From Chiloscyllium plagiosum (Eukaryota), in the NCBI RefSeq assembly GCF_004010195.1, contig NC_057719.1, forward strand, positions 17,957,136 to 17,977,135: a stretch of 20,000 nt of DNA, given 5' to 3'. Within the stretch, counting starts at the first letter, position 1, and the number at the start of each line of letters is the position of its first letter. Both the position numbers and the translations under genes were made by a program. This document shows, piece by piece, positions 9,375 to 19,270 of the stretch. Under the pieces are notes generated by a model, which was given only the letters and a program-made list of their open reading frames with translations, did no database searches and was not told where the DNA came from.

Positions 9375-10520
9375 AAAAGCCGAGTGGATATAAAGCAGAT
9401 TAGGGTCATCTTTGGTTGAGGAAAGGCACTGTATAAATGAAAGTCATGCCTTCTCTATGATCCAATAGGGAGATTTCTGTGCATCAATACCCTGGGGAAT
9501 TTAACTAGTCAATGTGTGTTAAGGAAGCTGCCAGATCGTCACCTTTTTAAAGAAATGAAAGAAAATTATGGTGTGTCTTCTTTTCAGGCTAACAGTTTGA
9601 CTTGCCTGATATTCTGATATTGGCTATGTCCAGGTGATGGATTGCACATGAGCAGAACTCTCACCTGCTGTATTCATTTAAAAAAGAATGATATTTGATG
9701 TTAACATTTGGTGACATAAGGGGATCGAGAATTCTACGTTCATTGACATTTTTGAATGTGATTTCTAAAAGGAAGGAAAAATGCTGTTGTAAGGTCTTTA
9801 GCCCACTGCTGCAGAGAAGTCAGCACATTTAATGATGTAATGAAGAACGTGGAACATCAAACATTATTATCCGAACATTTTTTTTTCTCTGTTGTAATGT
9901 ATCAAATGGAGTCACTGTTAAAATGATAGTCCTAATGGAATTTGTCCACCATTTCCTCATAAATTTCTTCATCTCTTTTAAAAAAAAGTTACTGTAACAT
10001 ATCTGGGGACCCTTGCCTTTATTTCAAATGCCCAATAACTTCAAATGCACACAGATATCTAATGCATAACCCCAGCATGGAAATAAATAAAGATGCAGTT
10101 TCTGTGGGTACCATCATCATCTCCTTGATTGCATTATTCCCTGTGAGATGTCTGCCAGCTGAAACTGCAGTCCAATGCTCTTCTGTCTCTGTTTAACTGG
10201 CTTATGGGAGAAGTTTTATATCTATTCGATACCGTGATCTAGCCCAAACCCAAAGAAAATAATGCAGTTTGGAAGCAGTGAGAGCATTAATTATTTCCAT
10301 TCATGGAGCAATTGGATATTTATGCAAATATCTTCACTTTTAACAAAATCATAGAGCAGGGAGTCGTCTGGTCCAAGCTGATTTCTACACTGTCCTCTGG
10401 GATCTTGTGGTCTGATTCAAAACTGAACTGATTCAGGGAAGCATCTGACCTCATGCTTCACCTCCACATCCAAACCGCCACCCAATTGCTTCACTCTGTG
10501 AACCTCTAAGCTTGATTGTG

Positions 10521-10900
10521 AGGGAGTACAGTAGCATGTTGGCAAGTAGTAGTTAAGCGATCTGGAGCCATGAGTTCAATTCTCACTCTGGAGGCTGAGC
10601 AATCTAAATTAAATTAGTTGAATACATCAGGAATACAAATCTAGCCTTCTGGTAAGATCTATGCAACTACTGGATCTGCATTTAAAAAAAAACCTGGTTC
10701 ATTATTTTCCTTTTGGGAAAGGGTATTTAATGCTCTTACCCAATGTGACATAAATGTAACTCCATGTTAATTGTCCTTTTTAAATGACCCAGCATGCTGT
10801 TCATTTTGACTAAGAAGGTGGCTCAACACCACCAAGTTGGGATGGACAATAAATACCAGCCTTGCCAGTGATGCCCATGTTCCATGAATGAATAAAAGAA
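10521..10900 (+). mobile_element. Old near-full-length tRNA-type SINE sharing its tail with the LINE at 6951-7839
   Basis: B-box-like GAGTTCAATTC (10572-10582). Body similar to 40-258(-) and 18470-18620. Tail AAGAAGGTGGCTCA...GGGATGGACAATAAATACCAGCCTTGCCAGTGATGCCCATGTTCCATGAATGAATAAAAG. Confidence 0.75.
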
Positions 10901-12319
10901 CTCGGTTTTTTCCAGTTGGTCATGAAATCAAATTGGCAATTTCGTCATAGAGGTCATAACTGTAACTGCTGTGGAAAATGAAGAAATTAGTTCAGAGTAT
11001 ATTTCATGATCTGACAAAAGGGTGTTATAAGTAGAATGCCTTGTGAGAGACAATGGAAAATAATTTCTACTGTGGATCATCATTCATTAACTTAACTGGT
11101 CAATCTCAACCTTCCAGGAAAAAGTACTATATAACATGTCAACTGTTGGCTTTTATGTCTACATTACTGCATGCTTAGGTTTGTATATACTTATTGTGAG
11201 TTATTATTACAACACCTAGAAATAGTATTAAACAATGTTTTTTAAAAAACTAGAAATTGATGGAGCCATTAGCAAATATGCTTGCATGAAATTCCTTTGC
11301 CCCTTTTTTCAACACAAACATTAACTTATCAGCAGGTCTGTGCTTCCATTTAAATAACAGACAGACAGAAGTGGCACAGACTTCTCCCTGATATGTAGTG
11401 AATCAATATATTTCACACCTAATATTTTAATCATGCAATGTATCGTCTAATGCCTTAACTCTCAACAGCCCATCATGATCTGGGCAAGTTTTAAAAGCTA
11501 GCCCCTTAATTTCTACAGATAAGAGAGATGCTATAAAAGGTATGGCCAAGGGTCAGACGGGGTGCAAGAAACAGTGGAAATTAGGCATTGCCTTCCTTTG
11601 AGATTTATTTCAAGAAACAGCTTCTTAATTGTGAGTGAGGTAACAGTGGATAGAGTTGCCAGACAGGATAGTCAAGTAGTTTGGCAGTCATGGACCTGTT
11701 TGGTGACTACCTGAGTTCCTGTGTCTTTACTCAGCCCAGACCAGTTAGGAAGGCAAAGAGCTGATAGAAGGTAAAGTCCAAACACCCTGATTGTGCCAAG
11801 TGGAATAAAGAGCACTTTTAAGAAGAAGTGTTTAATACATGAACATTCTCTGGACCAAAGCACCTCATCAATTAACTACAGTAAAATAATTACCACATAC
11901 ATTAAAGAATAATAGATTAAAAGGCTGTGGCAGTTTTTAGCACTTCAGAAAGCACTGACTCCCCTGTCCCTTCTGAGTCTTGACATGTTAACTGGGTAGC
12001 ATCTAATTAGATGTCAAAAATTCATAAGCACTGTTAAATATTGCATATCTCAAGCAGGCTTTTCAATGCGCTGAAAGGGGGGAGTGTGTTTGCATTGAAG
12101 GGGCACTGCACCAGCACAGCAGGCCAGGAAACCAAAGCAAGAAAAATAAAAGAGTTCTCCTCTTAAAAACCTTCAGAGAAATGTGTCATTGGAAGTCCTC
12201 AGTTACATATTCCAAGAGGCTCATCTTAATATGATGAAAATGAATCGAAACTGAAGGAAGATGTAGCAGAAGCAAAGATTGCAGAGAAAGAGAGGTGGGG
12301 GGGGGGGTGGAATGAGAGA

Positions 12320-12720
12320 AAGAAAAGGCTGCTCTCCCATCAAAGGACAATGACAGGTAAATACTAATTTGCTATGCGTGCACAATGAAGATGACATGCC
12401 TCTTTGACATGAGAGTGCGGGCGATAATGAAAGCCACTCTATTGTGGCATCTGTCATGGGGTGCTTTTTTCTTTCCCTTTGCGAATGGAACCAATGCTCA
12501 GTGATGTTCCCTGGCAGCTACCTCCTGTTTGAACCATTACAAAAGCTGTGAAGTAATGGGAAGTTTTTTTCGCATTATGCTAGTCGGAGTTAGTTGTTTT
12601 TTTTTTGCATGTCGAAATGACAGCTTGAGCGGATAGGCTCTCATTGCCTTGACAACTAAAATAACTCAAAAGAGCAAATCAGCAAATCATTAGACATGAA
12701 ACAATCATGATTCTCCATGT
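12320..12720. promoter_or_regulatory. Candidate conserved non-coding enhancer
   Basis: No repeat recognised. Clustered ATCAAAG (12339-12345), ACAATG (12347-12352, 12382-12387), TGACAG/CTGTCA (12351, 12451, 12618) and GTAAATA (12357-12363). Eight CpGs in 12370-12635. Function is inferred only. Confidence 0.45.
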
Positions 12721-12722
12721 AA

Positions 12723-12749
12723 AAATAATAATAATAATAACAATAATAA
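12723..12749. repeat. Short (AAT)n microsatellite
   Basis: AATAATAATAATAATAACAATAATAA. Confidence 0.85.
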
Positions 12750-13699
12750 ATCTCTGCAGTAATTGATTACTGACAAAGAAAATTATGTCTTATTTAAACG
12801 TGAGGATTTGTGCTGAACGAATATGAGCACCAACCAATGGTTCTGTTAGTAAAGCATGCGGGCACAGGCACAGCTCTATACACACAATGTGTCAGGGTCA
12901 AGCAGATCTCATTCCACTGAATGTTGTTGGCAATTAATGTACACATTATGTGGTGGTTGCAAAATGAAATCTGAATGAGATTGGTGGTGGAGGGGGTGTT
13001 GGGCATTGAGGTCCTTCAAGGTGATGTCAAAAAATGTACACAATGGCTGAATGCATATTGAACCTTAGATTAATGTGAGTTTTTGGTTGATTTAAGGACC
13101 CTGAATGTTTGACTCCATCAACGCCACCAGAAGACAAAGATGATGTGTGAGAGGAAAAATAATCAGCTCTTCAATACTGCTGCATTCCTACTTTGTTTGC
13201 TCGATATTACCAGCTGCCATTTTTTTATTCATATTATGAGATTTGAAACTTGCATTTGCAGAAGAACAGAACAGGTTGTTATCATTTCAATTCCAATGTA
13301 ATAGAACTACTCCTCTTACTTTCTGGAACTCATATTTGCATCAAGTTGCTATTATGATGTTCCTTTGCTTGAAGATAACTTTGCAATGCATGGTGCAGTA
13401 GAAGGTAACCAACATGAAGAAAATTGCTCAGGAATTGTGACAAAATAATTTTGCATTTTTCTCATGTCGTCCCATAACGCGTTGGCTCTTATTATCCCTT
13501 CAACTCACTTAGTGTTGAAGGATACTGATTCCTGAATTGAAGAATATCAAACTTAACTCCAGTATTTAATTTTCCTATTATAGATCCTACTGGATTATGC
13601 ATCAGTCTGGATCAAGACAGATCTCAGAGTATTTGGAGATTGGGGCTCAGAATTTAATACAACATCACTCTGTTACAATAAATATAGATATTTCTCTGG

Positions 13700-14390
13700 A
13701 AAAAGAATTCTGGAAGTGGTTTGTTTTGCACTCATTAGGGCATTTCATAAGAATACCAATGACAGAGCAAAACAACTTCTAAACTGTTTTGAAGAAGAAT
13801 ACCAAGTGAACGCCAAGATTGATTGCCAAGTGAAATCTGATTGGTAGAGCCATTGCCATGGAGAATGTAACAGTTAATGATGATTGACAGTTGTGATTTC
13901 AAGCCAGCTAAGTTGTCTCCGGTCAGAGCAATGTTCTGAGAAATGAACTAGTGAATGGGTTTCACCTATTTTGTCAAGTTGCAACAGACACAAATCATGT
14001 ACACAACTTGTTTTCTGCAAAGAGCAGGACCCTGTCTGTTAATATATGTGTAAGTTCCAAGACACAGAATATACTGTGAGCCTGACTGAAAATCCTAAAT
14101 TGATTGTTAAGAAAATTCTTCACATATTCAGGATTATCCAGCAAATGCTATCCAATTGCTGAATCATATTTACAAAATTGGGTTGTGAGTTTTGATGGTT
14201 GGATATGGCCAGAACATTCCTTACTGCAAACAGCCAAAGGATATGCTGTTTGATATGGTCCCCCCAGTCTTTAGGATGGACATAACTGGCATCACACTGG
14301 AATCGAAAATCGTACACCACATTACTCACTGATGTGACAGACAGAATATCTTTTTGGCTTGACGATAACACCCTATTAGTGGCTATACTT
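13700..14390 (-). mobile_element. 3' end of a Penelope-like element: GIY-YIG endonuclease remnant plus terminal region
   Basis: The ORF at 14120-14371(-) reads KDILSVTSVSNVVYDFRFQCDASYV...DHIKQH, the PLE pattern 'SNVVY.F.C.C...YVG.T...L..RIKQH'. A degenerate hammerhead-like CTAATGAGTGCAAAACAAAC lies downstream at 13719-13738(-). Confidence 0.75.
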
Positions 14391-14414
14391 CTCCAGTACT
14401 TATTCCTGAAACAT

Positions 14415-14568
14415 ATCTAATTGCTGCTTGTGATACTGAGTTTTGTATAAAATGGATTTGTATTACAAACACTATAATAATTTTATTTTGGCCAGAAAGT
14501 TCTTTGAGGTGTTCTGAGGTTGAAAAGGCAATGTAAATAAAATAAATACAAAACTGTCCTTCTTTATT
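14415..14568 (+). mobile_element. Degenerate SacSINE1-like 3' fragment
   Basis: TTGCTGCTTGTG...ATTACAA...TTGGCCAGAAAGTTCTTTGAGGTGTTCTGAGGTTGAAAAGGCAATGTAAATA resembles the DeuSINE 3' end. Confidence 0.5.
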
Positions 14569-14870
14569 TTGAATGATATCTCAGCTTCTGAAATAATATT
14601 TTAGTCAGTTACTTATACACCACAATCTGTAAAATCATGTAAAACACAGCTTGTGATATAACATTCTTCTTATTCATCAGTGAAGAATGTTTTGCTTTTT
14701 TATTTTTACTAACCGATTTTTTGTTATAACTTGCATTATTGTAGAGGCAGCTTTAAAGAACCACTAAAATCATTCTATTATAGTATAACTTACAGTTTAA
14801 TTTTCACCTGATTCATAAATCAGTGAGTTTGATGTGGTTCACCTGACTAATGTTGCAATTGATTTCTGTA

Positions 14871-15392
14871 AATCATAGAATCCTTACAGTGTGGAAGCTG
14901 GCCATTTGGCCCATTAGGTCCACACCAACCCTCTGAAGAGCATCCCTTCCAGACCCACCCTCTTATTCTATCCCTGTAACCCTTCACTTTCTACAGCCAG
15001 TCCACCTAGCCAGCACATGCCTGGACACTATTGGTGATTTAGCATGGTCAGTCTATATAACCCACACATTTTTGGAGGGTGGGAGAAAACCAGAGCATCT
15101 GGAGGAAACCCACACAGACATGGGGAGAATATACAAGCTCCACACAGACAGTTACCCAAGGGTGGAATCATAGAATCCCTACAGTGTGGAAACAAGCCAT
15201 TTGGCCCAACAAGTTCACACAGATCCACTGAAGAGCATCCCACACAGACCCATTCCCTTATCCTATTCCTTTACATTTCCCCTGATGAGTACACATCCCT
15301 GAACACTATTGGCAATTTAGCAGTTTAGAATCGAACCTGGGTCCCTGGCACTGTGAGGGAGCAGTGCTAACTACTGAGCCACTGTGCGACCC
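14871..15392 (-). mobile_element. Full-length HE1 SINE containing a nested HE1 fragment
   Basis: On the minus strand: A box TGGCTCAGTAG, B box GGTTCGATTC/C split by the insertion, V-domain CTGTCTGTGTGGAGCTTG, and tail GGATTCTATGATT. Confidence 0.9.
15170..15327 (-). mobile_element. 5'-truncated HE1 SINE nested in the B box of the host HE1
   Basis: Repeats the tail region of 14875-15043 (ATAGAATCC.TACAGTGTGGAA...CTGAAGAGCATCCC...CACTATTGG..ATTTAGCA). Flanked by GAATC at 15165-15169 and 15328-15332. Confidence 0.85.
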
Positions 15393-15427
15393 CAAATTTC
15401 AACACATTTATTTATTTTAAGGACTCA

Positions 15428-15534
15428 AAGAAAAATAAAGAATCTACATTTCTGTTGTGCTTTTTTACAACCTCAAAGTATCTAAAAACATTTTGACAGC
15501 CAATGCAATTTTTAAAGAACAGTCAGAGTTGTGA
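15428..15534 (-). mobile_element. Degenerate SacSINE1-like 3' fragment
   Basis: The reverse complement ATTGGCTGTCAAAATGTTTTTAGATACTTTGAGGTTGTAAAAAAGCACAACAGAAATGTAGATTCTTT resembles the same tail as 9376-9455 and 14490-14568. Confidence 0.5.
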
Positions 15535-15669
15535 CCTCTAGCTAGATTCTATAGCCTCACCAGCCACTCCCACTGTGACATTTGAAGGTGTGGTAGGCTA
15601 ATGCACTCATATTACAAAACAAATGGTGTTCTAATCACCTTCCTATTCATTTCTGAATTGTGTCCCATA

Positions 15670-16236
15670 AACAAAGCAAGAAAAAAATGTGAATATGAAT
15701 GCAAGCTAAATGGATAGTAAAAATGTCTTTCGTTGTGTGAAAAGGAAAATATTAGCATAGCAGAAATGTGGATGTTTTTCGAGTGCCTACAGAAGATGTT
15801 ACAATGGAGAATAGGGAAATGGTGTGGAAAATAAAGAGTTTGAGTGTCTCTTCATGCAGGAAAAAAACATTAAGGAAACAAGGGATTTGTAAAGATGAAG
15901 AACTGGAAGTTAGAATTAATAATAAAGAGGTAATATGAGGAAAAAATTGGATTGGAGGTTGGTAAATTTCTTGTTCCAAATTAACGATATTCCAAAGTAT
16001 TGAAAGAGATTACTATAGGTATAATCAATGCATTGGTAGTTACCTTTCAAAATTATGGAGATCTGGAAGGTTCCTGCAGACTGGAATTTAGAAAAATATA
16101 ATCTTACTATTTAAGAATGGAGGAGAGAGGAGAATGGACAACTACAGATCTGTTAGTTTGCAAAATTTTACAAAGCTTGTGATAACTGGTCAATCAATTG
16201 GTGAGAGTCAACACAGATTTATGAAAGGGAAATCAT
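15670..16236 (+). mobile_element. Old CR1 LINE ORF2 fragment (linker and RT N-terminal part), piece 1 of 2
   Basis: Frameshifted motifs MENREM, ALVVTFQN, VPADW, LFKNGG, DNYRSVSL (16137-16160) and SQHRFMKGKS (16206-16235). Confidence 0.85.
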
Positions 16237-16237
16237 A

Positions 16238-16740
16238 GTATTCAAGAAGATTTGTAGCTCAGGTTGTGGATGAGGTTGTTGACCTGCTCACTGAGCTGAT
16301 AAGTTTGTTCGCAGACTTTTCGACACCATATTAGGTAACATTGTCAATGTGCCTCTGGTGAACATTGGTGTTCTGACCCAACTTTACATATTTGTTAATG
16401 GAGTTCTGGATTGAGTACTAGGCTTCCCAGAATTCCTGTGCATGTCTCTGTCTGGCTTGTTCTGGGATGGATATGTTGTCTCAGTCGAATTGGTGTCCTT
16501 CATTGTCCGTCTGTCTGGATACAAGTCATAGCTGGTCATGTCTCTTAGTGGCTAGCTGGTGTATTCTGATGGGCAATTGCCTTCCTGTTTGCCCTATGTA
16601 GTGCTTTTGGCAGTCTTTACACAGTGTTTTATACATAATGTTTGTTGAGGGTTAGGTATTCTTTATACTTGTTAGTAGCTGTCATAGTGTGGTTTGTGGA
16701 CTATCATGATACACAGGGGTTAGAGTAGTCTGGTGGTCAT
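16238..16740 (-). mobile_element. Penelope-like element, inverted 3' part: GIY-YIG endonuclease plus terminal repeat with a degenerate hammerhead
   Basis: The minus strand translates TNIMYKTLCKDCQKHYIGQTGRQL.IRIH (HYIGQTGR at 16580-16603), HQFD*DN and EFWEA*YS...SINK. It then reads TTGACAA-TGTTACC-TAATAT-GGTGTC-GAAA-AGTC at 16314-16347. Confidence 0.88.
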
Positions 16741-17978
16741 TAACAAGACAGATTTCCAAAAACATGAAGCCAGAGGTATTCAGCACACCCCCTTCTGTTA
16801 ACTCTCCAAGGTTTACAAACTAGGGGCTCCCCTCAGACCCATAGTTTCATTCCCAGGAACACTGACATTCAGACTAGCTAAAGAATTGCATCAAAGACTA
16901 AAACACCTAGCGGACAACTCAACCCATTCCATCCACTCCACTTAAGAATTCGTCAACATCATCAAGGACACCAAAATAGATGAAGGTGAGATTATGGTCT
17001 CCTTTGATGTGACAATACTGTTCACCTCTATAGAAATCTCCCTAGACAAGGAAACACTAGCCTCGCTACTCGAAGGGCCAGGAATGCAGGCAACCCACAG
17101 CACCAACACCATCAGCAAGAATCGTGTCTTCTAACCCCCAGATCTGTGCCTAACGGCCCACTTCATCTTTAATGGCCAGGTATACAAATAAGTCAACAGA
17201 ATATCCATGGGATCACCTATATCAGGACTAATAACAGAAGCTGTCATGCAAAGACTAGAATGGACAGCACTACCCACTCTGGATTCGCTATGTGAGTGTT
17301 ACCTTTGTCATTACTAAATGCGCATAGCTAAAGGAAACCCATCAACTCATAAACATCCTTACCAGCATAAAATTCACCAAGGAAGAAGAGAATAACAGCC
17401 AACTCCCCTTCCTAGATGTAATGGCTGAATGCAAGGCCAATGGGGAGCTCCAGACCAGTGTATACAGGAAGGCCACCCACACAGACCAAGTAGTACTCAA
17501 CTACAACAGCAACTATCCCAACACCCACAAACCGAGCTACATCAGACCATTGTTCAAACAAGAGGAAGTGAAGACTGCAGATGCTGGCGATCAGAGTCGA
17601 AAGTGAAGAGCACAAGCCCTTCATCAGGAATGATGAATCGGGAATTCCTGTTGAAGGGCTTATGCCCGAAACATTGATTCTCCTGTTCCTCGGATGGTGC
17701 CTGACCTGCTGTGCTTTTCCAGCACTATGCTCTCGACATTGTTCAAACAAGTTACAACACACTGCAGCACCCCTGAGCTATGCACAGCAGATGAAGAACA
17801 CCTACACAATATCTTCAGAAACAATCAGTACCCAAAAAACACGTCCGGACACACCAGTCACACTGCCATATGTTAAGGACATATCAGAAATGACAGACTA
17901 CCCCAATCCCTGGGTATCATGGTAGTCCACAAACGAGCCACCACACTATGACAGCTCCTAACAAGTATAAAAGATCCC
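16741..17978 (+). mobile_element. Penelope-like element reverse-transcriptase region (pseudogenised)
   Basis: Motifs PKVYKLGAPLRPIVS, MVSFDVTILFTSI, HFIFNGQVYK, MGSPISG, WIRYV, IKFTKEEE, LPFLDV, TSVYRKATHTDQ and TLPYVKDISE, with stops and frameshifts. Confidence 0.92.
17563..17736 (-). mobile_element. 174-bp self-inverted PLE-terminal element with a 15-bp TSD, nested in the PLE RT
   Basis: TSD CATTGTTCAAACAAG at 17548-17562 and 17737-17751. The left end is the reverse complement of the family 3' terminus (compare 9200-9248). CTGATGA is on the minus strand at 17621-17627, and CTGTTGA-A-GGGC-TTAT-GCCC-GAAAC is on the plus strand at 17648-17672. Confidence 0.9.
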
Positions 17979-18465
17979 TGAATGTAATGTGAAGAAGTCA
18001 GAGGTCATCTATATTGATAGAAAATACAGAAAGGTAAAGTATTTCCAAAGTAGTAAGATGCTGAGAAGCGTTGATGTACAAAAGGACATGGATGTCTTTG
18101 ATGATGAGTCAATAAAAGCTAGTCTGCAGGTGCAACAAGAAGCCAAATAGTATGTTAGCTTTTATCACAAGGAAATTAAGTTCAGGAGTGAAAATGTCTT
18201 GCTGCCAATGCATAAAGCCTCGGTGAGACCTCACTTAGAGTACTGTGTACAGTTTTGATATTCCTGTCAAAGGATAACTCTTCTTGCTAGAGAGTGAGTG
18301 CAACAGAAGGTCACCAGACTCGTCCCTGGAAATGCGGGATTATTTACGAGGAGAGATTGAGCAAACTGGGCCTGTATTCTCTCAGGTTTCATAGTATAAA
18401 AGGTGATTTCACTGAAACTTACAAAATTCTTCCAAGGTGTGACAAGGTAGATGTGGAAAGGGTGT
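17979..18465 (+). mobile_element. Old CR1 LINE ORF2 fragment (post-RT region), piece 2 of 2
   Basis: Motifs NVKKSEVIY, KASVRPHLEYCVQF* and YEERLSKLGLYSL...KGDFTETYKIL. Confidence 0.85.
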
Positions 18466-18469
18466 CTGG

Positions 18470-18620
18470 CCTTAGTAGTCAAATGATGACCATTATTGAT
18501 TATCTTGCTCAAAGTGGTTCTCTCATGTCCTTTAGGAAAGGAATCTGTTGTTCTTACATGGTCTGGCTGAATGTGACCTCAGATCCACAACCACGTGGTT
18601 GATTCCTACCTTCCCTCTGA
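18470..18620 (+). mobile_element. Internal fragment of the 10521-10900 SINE family
   Basis: TGGTTC...ATGTCCTTTAGGAAAGG...TTCTTAC...AATGTGAC is colinear with 10695-10765. Confidence 0.65.
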
Positions 18621-18625
18621 TTTTG

Positions 18626-18715
18626 CAGTGATAGCCCTTGACATCAAGGGCACATTTGACTGAATGTGGTATCAAGGAGCCCAAGCAAAACTGGAGTGAA
18701 AGAGAATTAGAGGCA
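18626..18715 (+). mobile_element. Short LINE RT fragment (probably the lineage of 6951-7839)
   Basis: Translates VIALDIKGTFD*MWYQGAQAKLE, the 'LDI..AFD.VWH.G...KL' RT motif. Confidence 0.7.
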
Positions 18716-18891
18716 GCTAGAATAGAAAATGAAACAACATCAATTCATTTCAATATTTTAAAAAAAGAATCTTTCAGAGAGAAATTTCCCAAAACATGGA
18801 ATTAGGTGGTGAGTGGAATCAAATAGCAAAAACTGTCATTGGCCTTTAAAATAAAAGTGAGGAATCTTAGAATTAGCTTTATTGTCACATG

Positions 18892-19260
18892 TACAGGTAG
18901 TTCTTCTACAACATGATGATTGAATTCTTGTGCAACTCTGCATTATGGAAAAATCACACTTTAGAAACAGTGCTTAAATTTTTTTGCTGTAATGGCGTTA
19001 CAGGCAACACGTTTTAAAAATTTGCACTTTAGCAACAATGTCCTCAATTCGTGAATTGTGTCACAGTGAATTTGCACTGACAGTTGGTTCTGCTATGACA
19101 CGTATTTCTTCAACGGGAATTGGCTTTAACGCGATTGAAGTATTTAGATCAGTATTTGTAGAAAGCAAACTTTCCTTATCTGTATTGGCTATAAAGTGAT
19201 TCATTATTTTAAATGGCATGGCTATTGTGTAATTTTCTTAACACGAGAACAGAACTATCA
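18892..19260. mobile_element. Probable Tigger/pogo-type (TcMar) non-autonomous DNA transposon fragments
   Basis: TA followed by CAGGTAGTTCTTCTACAAC at 18892. A related start CAGTTGGTTCTGCTATGAC at 19081. Internal GCTTTAACGCG/GCTATAA motifs and a partial inverted end CAGAACTATC near 19251-19259. Confidence 0.45.
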
Positions 19261-19270
19261 TATTCTGTCC

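Larger units (their letters stand above)
8745..9455 (+). mobile_element. SacSINE1-like DeuSINE, interrupted by two PLE-terminal elements
   Basis: tRNA-like head (TCAGTTGGCAGCACTCTC...GGGTCCATGTCCC), then CAGAGACTTGAG...CTGACACTGCAGTGCAGTACTGAG and the Deu-domain start CTTTTCAGATGAG. The tail AAAGGCACTGTATAAATGAAAGTC (9422-9445) resumes after the insertions. Confidence 0.8.

Noticed and set aside
9588..9633. Exon-like segment between TTCTTTTCAG and GTGATG
   Set aside because: All three frames contain stop codons and the donor is weak.
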